From positions 32,001-96,000 of the forward strand of contig CAVTCR010000019.1 of NCBI GenBank assembly GCA_963733195.1: 64,000 nt of DNA. The letters run 5' to 3'. The position numbers and the translations under genes are program-made. Source of the DNA: an uncultured delta proteobacterium (lineage in GTDB: Bacteria > Desulfobacterota > Binatia > Bin18). Of this stretch, positions 31,605-43,757 are shown one piece after another; positions within the stretch are counted from its first letter, which is position 1, and each line of letters opens with the position of its first letter. The notes under the pieces were generated by a model. That model was not told where the DNA came from. It made no database searches and was given only the letters and a program-made list of their open reading frames with translations.

Positions 31605-34600
31605 TCAATGACTCAATTCTTCGAGTAGCACCTTCGCCTCTTGCAAATCCTTGGTGTCAAACCCCTCGGTGAACCAGTTGTAGACCTCAGATAACATTCT
31701 GTGTTCTTTGTCGAGACTAACACGTGTTTCGTGTTGCGTGGTACGTGATTCGGGCTGCACCGCTTGTCGTTGCCGCAGTCGAACGAGGCTCATCACCGCG
31801 CGGAGTTCCCAGGATTTGGCTTGCTGCTTCCTGAGCGATGTCGATGGCCTTCAGAAAACACTCCTCCGCCTTGGGCCGCCAGTGGGGGTTGGGACTGTTC
31901 TCTGTGACTCCGGACCCTTGGACTCCGGACTTTGCTTTCATGCGACTAATTCCCCCTTGAGTCGATACAGCTCCGCCGTGTAATAACCCTCTTTATTCTT
32001 TTCGCCGACGGTGAATGCTTCACTCAAAAGTGCCAAGCTTTCCTCCTTCCGCCCTACTCTTCCATGCATCTTCGCTAGTAAGGCGAGAAACTGTGTTAGT
32101 CCTAGCTCAGCTCCCGTAACTTGAAATGCGGCCAAACCTTCACGCATCAACGCAATGCCAGCCTCACTTTGTCCTTCTTCAGCCACGGACCAGCCCTGAA
32201 ATAATCTCCCCCACGCAGAACCACAACGCAAACCCCTGCTCACTCACGATTGAAAGCAGCTCTTCTGCAGCAGATCGAGCAGCTTGAGCATTCCCCTGGA
32301 AAGCATAGAGCCAAGCATCTGTGGTCAACGCAAATGCCATATGTTGAGATGAGAAAGACTACGAGCGAGAGCAACCGCCGATTACTCCGCTCGATCGCTT
32401 GCTCTGGAAAACCCAGCATCCACAATGTCCACGAAGCAAAAGCTCAGACATGTCATTCCAGGGTCCTGACCGGACACAACGGCAAGAGATCCATGTAATT
32501 CAGGCTTGTAGAGGGTAGTACCGAGTTCCAAATGTTCTCGCGCCTTTTGCAATTCTCCGCGTAACATAAGCGTTTCCCCTACAGCCCAATGTGCCTCCAC
32601 TAGTGAAACCTTGTCCTCAGCATTTTGTACGAAATGGAGTAGTTGCTTGGCAACCTCAAGTGCCGTGTCATACCTACCTTGTACTAGATGTGAGACCCAC
32701 CAGCCCAACAATACGGGGAAGACTTGAGAAGTTTCATCCATGCTTCGGCAGAGTTCTAGAGCACGAGCATACGTAGCTTGCACTTCGGCCGCCCCATAGC
32801 CCTTGATAGCAATAAGTGCCGGACCAAGGGTAGCGTGCAGCATCAATTCTCGCTGAGCACGTGCAGGCGTATCTGATAGGGTTTCGAGCAATTCGAGCCC
32901 TGTAGTGAGGTGACTGATCGCTTCTACGTTGGCCGACCGCTGGACGGCCTGTTGCCCCGCAAGCTGCAAATATTCTATGGCCTTCTCTGAGTTGCCGCTA
33001 CGACTGTAATGATGGGCTAACTCGTTGTAATGGTCATCAAGGCGAGCGTGGTACACCTCTTCGATTGCTTGCGCGGTGCGTTCGTGGAGAATCTTGCGTC
33101 GCTCGATCAGCAATGAGTTGTAGGCGACTTCTTGCGTCAATGCGTGCTTGAAGATGTACTCGACCTCGGGGAAGGCAGGTTGCTCGTAGACAAACTCGCC
33201 TGCCTGTAATCGTGCCAAGAGGCGCAGCAGGTCAGCTTCTGCGTGCGTTGCAACCTTGCGCAACAAGCTCGCCGAAAATTCCCGTCCAATCACTGCTAGT
33301 GTCTGTAGCAACGCCTTCTCTTCTGCAGGTAGGCGATCTATACGCGCCGTAAGGACGCCTTGCACCGTAGTCGGAAGATGGAGGGCAACATACTGGTGGG
33401 CGGTGCTCACCCTACGCGGATCGGTCAATACTCCCTGCTCGCGCAAGGTCTGTACAATCTCCTCCATAAAGAAGGGGTTGCCTTCGGTCTTGTCGAGGAT
33501 AAATTTTTTCAGTGGTTCGAGGGTCTCATTTGACACCCTCACCCTATCCTTCTCCCGTCCCGGGAGAGGGAATTCTCCGGCCTGCCCTAATAACACGGTC
33601 AACATCTCTTCTGCTTGCTCTTTACCTAACGGATCAAGCCGCAGCTGCGAGAAATATGTTCGCCCACTCCAGGTCTGCTGATACTCCGGGCGGTAGTTCA
33701 CCAACAAGAGCACTCTCGCAGTTGCAACACTTTCACTCAGTAACTGCAGGAAGGCTTGGGTTTCATTATCCAACCAATGCAAGTCTTCAAAGAAAATCAG
33801 CAAAGGTTGATTCAGACTCTCGCGTAATAACAGGCGCTTGATCGCCTCTAAGATCCGTTTGCGCCTGAGCTGTAGATCCATCTGCTGTAACGGCGAGGTT
33901 AGCTCGGCGAGCCCTAGCAGAAAGAACAAATACGGCAGCGTATCTTCCAGACTCCGATCCAGGGTCAGAACCTTGCCAGTAATCTTTTCACGTCGTCGTC
34001 GTTCATCATCGTACGGACTTAACTGAAAATAGTTCTGCAATAGATCAATCAAGGGCAAATACGGATACGCCTTGCCATGGGAAACTGAAAAGGTCTCCAA
34101 AACCAGACACCCAGGCTGAGCACGCAACTTGAACTCATAGAATAAACGCGACTTGCCGACGCCAGGCTCGCCCATCACTCCTACGATCTGCCCATGTCCA
34201 GCTTTGGCAGAATCTAGTGCGCGTAGCAGGTGTTCCATTTCACTCTGTCGTCCAACAAATCGAGCTAACCCGCGCCTCACTGATAGTTGCAACTTGGTTC
34301 GCAGTGGACCTACCCCGGCTACTTCATAGATTTTTATCGGTTCGGCAAACCCCTTCACGTGCGCTTCGCCGAGCGACTTGAACTCAAAATAACCCTCGGT
34401 GAGTTTATAGGTCTGTTCACTCACCATGATCGAGCCTGGTGTGGCCAAGCTCTCCAGCCGTGAAGCCAGATGCGTCGAGTGGCCGACGGGCACGTAGTCC
34501 GTATGCAGATCATCTTTGCGAATCGAGCGCAGCACCACTTCGCCAGTGTTCACCCCAACACGCAACTGCAAGTTGATACCTTTCTCTCGCCGCAACAGTC

Positions 34601-35204
34601 CAGCACGTTTGCGCCCTTCTTCTTGCATAAGCAGCGCTGCATACAGTGCTCGTTGGGGATGATCTTCATGAGCAATGGGAGCGCCGAACAAGGCAAAGAT
34701 GCCATCGCCCAAGGATTGGGCTACATAGCCTTCGTAGCGATGCACCGCATCCATCATCAACTGCAGCGTCGGGTCGATAATCGCCCTCGCTTCTTCAGGA
34801 TCGAGGTCAGCAATGAGATCGGTCGAGTCTTTAATATCGGCAAACAGAGCGGTAATGCTTTTGCGCTCACCATCCGCGACACTCCGGGCTTCCATCGCTT
34901 CCCGTTCTGCCTGAATACGGTCGGCAAGATGGGGGGGCGTCCATTGACCAGGGGCTCCTTCCTTTTCGCCCTCCTTGTTCCCGTTTATCCCTTTATCCTT
35001 TTTTCCATTTATCCCTTTCCCTATCCAAACGAGCACTTTCCCCTCTTCATCGCTTGCCACACGCTTGGCGTCGATGAGGTCGGCTTTGAGGTCTTCGATG
35101 TACTCGTCATCGATCTCGAAACGACGCTTCAGCGCGCGATAGGCAACCCGCCCTTCGCGCTGGAGAAGTTCAGTCACTTGGGTCAAGATTTCATCAAATG
35201 TCAT
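31605..35204 (-). CDS. Class III adenylate/guanylate cyclase + AAA ATPase + TPR protein, paralog 2 (frameshifts in the 3' part)
   Basis: 940-aa ORF highly similar to paralog 1 (MTFDEIL.QV, ERKSITALFAD, GEPGVGKSRL, EGNPFFMEE); continues to [15 protein letters not shown]. Confidence 0.9.
33394..33415. repeat. GTAG-type REP inside the coding sequence
   Basis: Minus strand GTAGGGTGAGCACCGCCCACC; related intergenic copy at 46335-46359. Confidence 0.7.
33535..33570. repeat. CCCTCACCC...CTCCC..GGGAGAGGG-class REP inside the coding sequence
   Basis: accctcaccctatccttctcccgtcccgggagaggg, read as FPLPGREKDRVRV. Confidence 0.75.
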
Positions 35205-35236
35205 TGTCGCCTCTCACTCCGCGCCAGCTCACGCTA

Positions 35237-37625
35237 CTATCGCACCACCCGCTGCCCGCGAAAATCAGCAATGTCACTCTGAGTGTAGCCATACTCGCAC
35301 AGGATTTCATCCGTATGTTGACCAAGCAAAGGTGCGGGACGACGAAGCGCGGTCAGTGGCTCGGAGAATTTCCACGGTGGACTCAGGGTCACCATCCGGC
35401 CACACACCGGATGTTCCATCGTTTGCACCGCTCCAATGGCCGCCGTTTGTTCGCTGTGCATAACGCTGTCGAGCGTCTGGAGTACGGTAATCGTACCGCC
35501 AAGTTCATCCTGAATCAGGTGGCGGAATTCTTCGACACTCCACTTCTTGAGATCCTCTCGCAGGGCGGCTTCGAGGTCGCGATTGATGACTAAGAGATTC
35601 CCTACCGCAAAGCGGGGATCGGCAGCGAGATCCATCCGATTGAGCGCAATGAAGAAGCGGTCCCACGCTTCACCATCGCCCCGCAAAGAAAACAACACGG
35701 CTCCATCACGAAGCTGGAACCCCGAGTCCGGTGGTTCAGTGTAGCCAAGCAATTGTCGGCCTGCCCATTCGTCAGGATCATTCTCCGCAGCAAGCTGCCA
35801 CTGGCTGACGGCGATCATCGTACCGAGCATTGAGACATCAACCTGTTGCCCTTCACCGGAATCGCACCCGCCAGAACAGTGCCGCAAGAATACCTTGAAA
35901 GGCGGCAAAAGCAGTCTCGGTCGTCGCCAGATCAAACCCAGTGCGAAGCGGTGGCTCACCGGCTGTGCCCAGGTTCCGATTGACACCGACAAAGGACTGA
36001 ATCGCCAACTCAGAACCAGGCTGATTGGCCAACGGTCCTTTGCGGCCAAAGGCGGAGATGGAGCAATAAACTACCCGGGGATTAAGAGCCGCAACGGTCT
36101 CATAACCAAAACCGAGTTTCTCCATCACGCCAGGACGATAGCCTTCCAGGATGACATCGGCATCGGCAATAAGGCGACGGAATATTGCTTTGCCGCTTGG
36201 TATCTTGAGATCGAGTGACAGACTCCGCTTGTTACGATTCAGGTGGACAAACAACGAACTTTCAGACTTCACAAACGGTCCGATCTTACGTAACCAATCC
36301 CCATCAAGTGGTTCGACTTTGATAACCTCCGCTCCGAGGTCTCCAAGTTGCATACTGCACATCGCACCTGCTGCACCTTGTGATACGTCGATCACTTTGA
36401 GGCCAGACAACGCCAGTGGTGCGCTGGTTGCTGAGGCGGCTGTTTTCTTGCCACCGTTCGTGACCGACAACTCGCGAGTCACTTGCTCAACAATCTCTTC
36501 GTGATGTTGGTCGAGCGCTGGCGATGGACGGGTAATCACTGCGGGTGTCTTACTGAACTGCCAGTGCGGTGCTGCCGAGTGCATCGGCCCCCACTGTGTG
36601 TCGAGGATTGTCATCATCGCGTTGGCCTGTACGTGCGGATGTTGCTGCAAAATGTTGCTGACCAAATCATCACTGAAATATTGTCCGCACGGCACCTCAT
36701 GCTTGCGGAACTGCCACAGCCAATAGCCGGTGGGTCTTGATCGAAAGAGAGGTGATAGTTCGGCAATTAGTGCATCACGGTGAGAGACTCGGTCAGCGTT
36801 AGTGGCAAAACGGGGATCGGTCTGTACATCAGGGCGACCGATGGCATCACAGAATTTGGGCCAAAACCCCTCGTGCGGGACACTGACATTAATGTACCCG
36901 TCAGCAGTGGCAAACGCTTGGTCCGGCACCAGGTTTGGCCGTGCGCTGCCCATTGGAGTTGGGGCCTGGCCAGTAGCGAAATATTCAGCGAAGCGTGTCG
37001 TGCCCGCGACCAACGAGGACTGAAATTGTGAGGTTTCGATCATCATGCCGCGACCAGTATGCTCGCGCGCATATAAAGCAATCAGCATCGCTTCGAGGTT
37101 GATCATCGCCCCGTTCCAGTCGAATTGCGCAATTCCGCGCACAAACTCGAACGGACCACCTTCTGCACCGGTCACTGAAGTCGCGCCGCTACTCGCCTGG
37201 CCGTACCATTCATTACTGGTCATGCCTTGCATTGGCCCTGCGTTACCGTAGGCTCCAGAGCTGAGGTAAATGACGCGTGGATTCAAGGCGGACATGGCGG
37301 TATACCCAAGCCCTAGCTTTTCCATGACTTCTTTGGAACGGAAGTTTTCCAATACGATGTCAGTCCACTGAATCAAGCGACGAGCCATCTCTTTATCGTG
37401 GGGCTGTTTCAGGTCGAGCATGATCCCGCGCTTGTTGAGGTTATTGCCCAGGAAGGTTGTGCCCATGCCTTTCTTAAAGGTGGCAACGTTACGGACCGGG
37501 TCTCCTTCCGGAGGTTCGATTTTAATGACATCCGCCCCAAGAAAACCTAGATACTGCGCCGACACCGGGCCAACTGCCGCGCGACCAAAATCTAATACGC
37601 GAATTCCTGTAAGTGGTCCTGGCAT
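35237..37625 (-). CDS. Tandem two-domain CoA-transferase family III fusion, frameshift near 35855
   Basis: Two units: PLTGIRVLD...GADVIKIEP and ALSGLKVIDV...GAEVIKVEP; ends APLLGQHTDEIL. Confidence 0.88.
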
Positions 37626-37822
37626 GCAATTCCCCTCCTCATGAACTGTCTTCTTCTCTACAACGATGAAGGGGAGAGGGAAAGGGTTGTGCAGTCTGTT
37701 CGCTCTCCTGTAGAGAAGCAATTGACATGACATTGACAACGGCTATCGTGAATCTCGTCGAAACTATTTTATTGTGTAAACTACCAAAGCTGAGTCGGAA
37801 GGATATCCAGTTAGGTACCGCT

Positions 37823-39024
37823 ATGAATACTACTTACACCTTTACTCCAGACGACTTGGTCGCACGTGAGCGCTTTGCCAATCCCTACCCGGTCTACCAC
37901 GCTCTTCGTAGCACTCACCAGTCCATTACCTCAGTATTCCTGCGAGTCCCTCTTCAGGTCTCGACAAACCAATCTGGGCGTGGGGCTTGCTGAAGTATCA
38001 TGACGTATATGCCGCATTGCGCGATCACGAAACGTTCTCGTCCGAGAGTCCAGTGGCCGGACAATTCGGTCCACCTCTGGTGTTGATTCAAGACGATCCA
38101 CCACGACATACGCGCTTTCGCCGTATCGTCAATAAAGCCTTTACTCTGAAACGAGTCGAAGCGTTGGAACCATGGATTACCAAGATTGCCAACGAACTTC
38201 TTGATCACATCGGCAACCAAGAGACTGATATGGTCAACGGCTTTACTGTCCCGCTGCCGATGCGCGTAATCGCGCGGTTGATGGGTATTCCTGAGGAAGA
38301 CTACGCAACGTTCAAACGTTGGTCAGATGCTTTCCTTTCGACTGTAGGTGCGGATCGTAGCGATCGCATGCAAAACGTACAGGACATGGTCGCATACTTC
38401 GGGCAGATGGCGGCTGCGCGGAGAAGTCAAGGCGCAGATGATCTCATTACGGCGTTAGTTGAGGCAGAAATCGAAGGCGAATCACTACAAGACTGGGAGA
38501 TTCTCGGCTTCTGCATTCTTCTGCTTATTGCTGGCAATGAAACGACAACCAACTTGCTGGGGAACATGTTGAATTTGCTGGTTGATCGTCCCAACTTATG
38601 GCAACAGCTGCGAGACGATCGTAATTTGGTTGAGGCAGTCATTGAAGAAACCTTACGCTATGAAAGTCCGGTGCAACGATTATTCCGCATGGCGACCCGT
38701 GATCTTGAATTTTCTGGTATCAAAATTACCAAAGGTGATCGGGTCACGATCTTCTATGGGGCTGCGAATCGCGACCCTAAAGAGTTTCCCAACTCTGACG
38801 AGTTCCGTTTAGATCGTGATCTGCGCAATCATGTCGCGTTTGGTATGGGCATTCACTACTGCCTTGGTGCACCACTCGCCCGTGCTGAGGCACGCATTGC
38901 TCTCAATGCTTTCCTTGATCGCTTTCCGCGTATCACTCACGGTGTAGCTCCAGCGGTACGGCAAACGGATACTCCTATCGTCTTTGGTTTCTCGCACCTG
39001 CCTTTGGTACTAGCGAGCCGCTAG
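37823..39024 (+). CDS. Cytochrome P450, frameshift near 37910
   Basis: ANPYPVYHALR, DDPPRHTRFR, AGNETT, EETLR, AANRDP, FGMGIHYCLG. Confidence 0.95.
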
Positions 39025-39030
39025 GTTAAG

Positions 39031-40657
39031 ATGAGGTATGCTGTAGAAAAAGAGAGCATCAATCCGAGCAACAAGTCTAATATTCCTGTTTCTGCTTCTT
39101 TCCCTGTCGCAGTCGGCCATCGCACGTGACACTGCTGTTGTCACTTTTTCTCAGGGACACCTGTCCGTTCACGCGAAGAATGTGCCTCTCGCACCACTGC
39201 TCCAAGAGATTGCTCGTCAGGTAAAGTTCACTGTCGTTATCAGCCCAGCAGTCACAGCAACTCCCGTAACTGTAGAATTGTCAAACGTCGAAGTCGAACC
39301 TGCCGTAAAAGACATTCTCAGACAAGCAGGTATTGCCAATGCCGCATGGGCGTACCGCAGAAAACCACAGGCATCAGGGAAGCAAGACGAATGGGAATTA
39401 GCCCGCGTGACCATTATCGCTGAAGGTCACGGTTCTTCACTTGCTGCGTTGACACCATCGCCCACAAGCAAACCACAACAAGAAGTGCAGAAAAATACTC
39501 AACCGAGGAAGCCTCTGTTGCGCGAACAATTCCGTGACCCAAAGTCGCAGCAAATGATCGACATCGCCGCCCATGAAGTGATGGTGCGCTTTGACCCGAA
39601 GATGTCAGCAGATGAGATACAGGAAAAAATCGAACGCTTGCATGCTGAAGTTATCAGCGCCATTCCGCTATCCGGCTTTTACCATCTCGCAATCTCAGAA
39701 AGTGATACGGTCTCCAGTTTTCTTGACAAACATCGGAAGGACCCACGACTCCAGGTACTTGAGCCAAACCCCATCGTATCGGTCGAACCAGTCGGCACTT
39801 CACCAAATGACCCCTTCTTTCGTGCCCAATGGTCGCTTGAACGTATCGGCGCACCACAGGCATGGGAGCGACTACCGCGCGACGCAGGTGGAATCGTCGC
39901 CGTCGTCGATAGTGGCGTTGACGAACGTCATCCAGAGTTACAGAGGCACGTATTGCCAGGACGAAATGTCATTGAACAAAATGACGATACGCAGGACCAA
40001 CACGGACATGGTACAGCCATCGCCGGAATTATTGCAGCCACAACCAACAATGCCGTTGGCATGTCGGGAATTTGTCCAACCTGTCGGATCCTGCCGGTTA
40101 AAGTGCTGAACGAATCTGGTGAAGGCACGTACGCCCATGTCATTGCCGGTATTCTTTGGGCTGCAGATAAGAAGGCGCAGATCATCAATCTTAGTTTAGG
40201 CAGTTATGGATTTTCGCGTCTTCTTGCCGATGCCGTTGAATACGCCCATCACAGCGGTGCGGTTATTGTCGCTGCCGGTGGGAATGAAGCCATAAAAGCG
40301 CCGTTGTATCCGGGGGCACTGCCGAACGTGATCTCAGCTTCAGCCACAGACGCTGACGATAACTTGTGGGTTGGATCGAACTATGGCGATGCCATCGACA
40401 TTGCTGCTCCTGGCGTACGCATTCTCAGTCTCGATACGCATAACAATTATCTCTTTGCCACTGGCTCATCATTCTCTGCTGCACAAGTATCCGGTGTGGC
40501 AGCGCTCGTGCGGGCGAAGCATCCGTTGCTCAAGAATACGCACGTCGCACAGGTATTATTTCAAACTGCAGATGACCTGGGTGAAAAAGGCAAAGATCAA
40601 TTCTATGGGTTTGGTCGAATCAACGCCGCGCGAGCGCTACGGGCGGAGGTGCGCTAG
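39031..40657 (+). CDS. Secreted subtilisin-like S8 serine peptidase with N-terminal extension (probable indel near start)
   Basis: Signal-like LIFLFLLLSLSQSAIA in frame upstream of ORF 39182; triad VDSG, HGHGT, GSSFSAA; PNDP, NLSLG, GFGRINA. Confidence 0.9.
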
Positions 40658-40677
40658 TTTCTTTCCGGCGGGTTGCT

Positions 40678-40716
40678 CTATTTGACATGTACATCCATGT
40701 ATAGCGTAATACTCAT
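40678..40716 (-). pseudogene. 12-codon stub of a DUF5615/PIN-like toxin
   Basis: ATGA overlap with the DUF433 stop; MSITLYMDVHVK*. Confidence 0.6.
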
Positions 40717-41024
40717 GGAAGCTTGCCCAGGCTTCGCATCCGTCTTCGGAACGGAGAATCCTGAGCTTGAGCTGCCAATTGATCTACTTCGCGCACTTGC
40801 CGCTCTATTTCTGCATCGATCTCGGCTTGATGGTCGTAGTAATAGGTAAAAGCCGCATAGATCTGCGCTAATGAGAGGTGAGGATGCTGGAAGTGAATTT
40901 CTTCGGGACTCGATCCATGCGCTAATTTATCGAGCACTACTTCAATGACTTTAGTGTTCGTGTCATCGATCCAGGCCACGCCTCTCTCGTCGAGATGAAT
41001 ATGGGCAGTTTCAGTTGCAAGCAT
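40713..41024 (-). CDS. DUF433 domain protein (antitoxin-like)
   Basis: HIHLDERGVAWIDDTNTKVIEV...GSSPEEIHFQHPHLSLAQIYAAFTYY. Confidence 0.88.
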   Translation of the reverse strand: MLATETAHIHLDERGVAWIDDTNTKVIEVVLDKLAHGSSPEEIHFQHPHLSLAQIYAAFTYYYDHQAEIDAEIERQVREVDQLAAQAQDSPFRRRMRSLGKLP

Positions 41025-41150
41025 GTTCAGTTACCTCTTGGATCAGGATAGCGTACTTCCGGTCTGAAAGCTGTTCCAGTAGTGGCTTCGCCTCTTTCGG
41101 TTCTTCGTTCTTGAATTATGGCTCAATGATAAGGGCTCAATGACCCAATT

Positions 41151-41210
41151 CTATTCTTCCCACAACCCCTTCGTCTCTTGCCAGTCTTTCGTGTCAAAGC
41201 CTTCACTGCG
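41151..41210 (-). pseudogene. 3' remnant of a third cyclase-AAA-TPR paralog
   Basis: EGFDTKDWQETKGLWEE* compared with [17 protein letters not shown] in the two paralogs. Confidence 0.6.
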
Positions 41211-41328
41211 TCAGCTGAAGCCTTCGTCCTCCTCGGCCAAGCATTTTCCTGTCTGCCCAACTTCTACCCTTCCGCAAACAGAGGTGCTATAGCCTACGCA
41301 GGAAAGAGAAAGGTTCGGAGTAGGAACC

Positions 41329-43576
41329 ATGCTCTATCACTTCCACGACTTTGAACTCGATGAACGCCTCTACCAACTGCGCCGGGGCGGTAAGCCGGTA
41401 GAGATCGAGCCCAGGGTTTTCGATGTCCTTTTCTATCTCCTGCACAATCGCGATCGTGTAATTTCTAAAGATGAACTTTTGGAGAAGCTCTGGCCCGGCC
41501 AGGTGGTAACCGAGACGGCTCTCACCCGCTGCATCGTCGCCGCCCGCAAGGCAGTGGGTGACGACGGCACCAAGCAGCAGGTGGTCGAGACCCAGCATGG
41601 TCGTGGGTATCGATTCGTGGCCACGGTTAGTGAGCGCGGCGTGGAGCGGAAGCTCGCGGCGGTGCTCAGCGCCGATGTCAAAGGCTATAGCCGCCTGATG
41701 GGCGAGGATGAGGTCGGCACCGTCCGTACCTTGACCGCCTACCGCCAGCTCATGACCACGATTATTCAGCAGCATCACGGCCGCGTGGTGGATTCTCCGG
41801 GCGATAACCTGCTGGCGGAGTTTGCCAGTGTGGTCGATGCCGTGCAGGCCGCCGTTGCCATCCAGCAGGAGCTGAAGATCAAGAACGCTGATCTGCCTGC
41901 TTCTCGCCGGATGGAGTTTCGCATTGGCATCAACCTCGGGGACGTGATCGTGGAGGGGGAGCGGATCTACGGCGATGGGGTCAACATCGCCGCGCGGGTA
42001 GAGAGCTTAGCCGAAGCGAGCGGCATTTGTATCTCCGGCCCGGTGTATGACCAAGTCAAGAGTAAGCTCGCACTCCAGTATGAGAGCTTAGGGGAGCAGC
42101 CAGTCAAGAACATTGCCGAGCCAGTGCGGGTGTACCGCATCAAGCTGGAACCCGAATCTACTTCTTCCGCCGTAGCGGTAGCCGAGTCTCCCCACCCAGT
42201 AGAAACTCAACCACCAGAGATTCCTCTTCCACTTCCCCAGCCACGGGTGTGGCCCAGAAGGACGCTAATCCTGAGTAGCGTGCTCCTGCTTGTAGGAATT
42301 ATCGTTGCAGTGCAGTACCTGTCCCTGCGCCCGCCGGCCCCCTCGGCCAACATTCCTCCTGAGCAATCTCAGCCTCTCCCCCTTCCTGACAAGCCTTCCA
42401 TCGTCGTGTTGCCCTTCGTCAACATGAGCGAGGACCCCAAGCAGGAGTATTTCAGTGACGGCATCACCGAGGACCTCACCACTGACCTCTCCCGCATCTC
42501 CAGCCTGTTTGTCATCGCCCGCAACTCGGCCTTCACCTACAAGGGCAAGGCAACGAAGGTGCAAGAGGTCAGTAAAGAGCTGGGCGTGCGGTATGTATTG
42601 GAAGGCAGTGTACGCAGGCGGACGACAGGTGCGGGTCACGGCGCAGTTGATCGACGCCACCACCGGCTATCATCTCTGGTCGGAGCGCTATGACCGCCCG
42701 CTTCAAAGACATCTTTGCCTTGCAAGATGAGATCGTGCGGAAGATCGTGACGCACGCTGAAGCTGAAGCTCGACGTTGCGAGGAGCAAGCGGTACATCGC
42801 GCAGCAAACGCACCGACAACCTGGAGGCCTATGATTCTTTCTTGCGTGGGATGGGAGTGCTATTAACGCGCCACACGAAAGAGGCGAATCTCCAGGCGCG
42901 GCAGATGTTTGAGAAAGCCGTCGAGCTGGACCCGGCATATGCGGAGGCGTACGTGGGCCTGAGTTGGACTTACTACGCTAGAGTGGATTTTTCTATGGAG
43001 TCCAGTCCCCCAGACGCTGGAGCAGGCTTTGGCGCTGGATGCAAAAGGCCCGAGCTCTGGATGATTCCTTGCGCTCAGGCTCACCTGCTCTTGGGCCGTC
43101 TGTCTGTTGAAAAAACAGCATGACCAAGCCATAGCTGAGGCAGAGCGGGCTGTCGCCGCTCGATCCTAATTACGCCGAGGGCTATGCCGGTTGGGGTTCA
43201 TTCTAGATTGGCGGGCGGCCAGAGGAAGCCATTGGGTTGGTCGAGAAGGCGCAGCGCCTTGACCCCCGTCTATCCGCCCTTTTACTACCCTTTGACCTTA
43301 GGCCAGTCCTATCGCTTGACGGGGCGGTACGCGGAGGCGATTGCACCCGATAAGAGAACTGCTTCATCTAATCCCAATCTGCCGGGTGCCCATGCTGATC
43401 CTGGCAGTTATCTACAGTGAGTTAGGTCGGATGGAGGAGGCCCGGGCTGAAGTGGCAGAAGTCTTGCGGCTCAGTCCCAATCTCTCTCTGGAGGTTGAGG
43501 CAGAGGATTCCCTTACAAAGATCCAGTGGAAGTTAGAGCGGTATCTGCCGCCTTGCGCAAGGCGGGGCTCAAATGA
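41329..43576 (+). CDS. wHTH (CadC/OmpR-type) + class III cyclase + TM + TolB-like + TPR protein (frameshifts after 42620)
   Basis: FHDFELDE...SKDELL...GRGYRF; RKLAAVLSADVKGYS, FRIGINLGD, GDGVNIAAR; TM helix; PDKPSIVVLPF, YFSDGITED; ends LRKAGLK*. Confidence 0.88.
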
Positions 43577-43690
43577 ATTAAGAATTAAGAATGAAGAATT
43601 AAGAATGAGAAAAAGAAGCTGAAGAGAGAAAATAGAAAGGGCGAAAAAGGCTTAAGGCTTGAGGCTGAAGAGAGGGGAATGAAGAGTGCG
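43572..43690. repeat. Heptamer arrays (AATTAAG)n and (GGCTTAA)n
   Basis: aattaag aattaag aatgaag aattaag aatgaga; ggcttaa ggcttga ggctgaa. Confidence 0.75.
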
Positions 43691-43757
43691 CACTTGCCTT
43701 ATGCGTTTCGGCAGCCGAGAAAGGATAGGATAGATGCTATCTGAGGGAGACAGAACG

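Noticed and set aside
24657-35204. Diversity-generating retroelement as the cause of paralog variability
   Set aside because: There is no reverse transcriptase and no TR/VR pair with adenine-specific mismatches; the variation consists of repeat insertions.
26150-35282. Long plus-strand ORFs (26150-27160, 27484-28269, 34470-35282), and similarly 7190-8068 on the minus strand
   Set aside because: They are antisense shadows of well-supported genes on the other strand.
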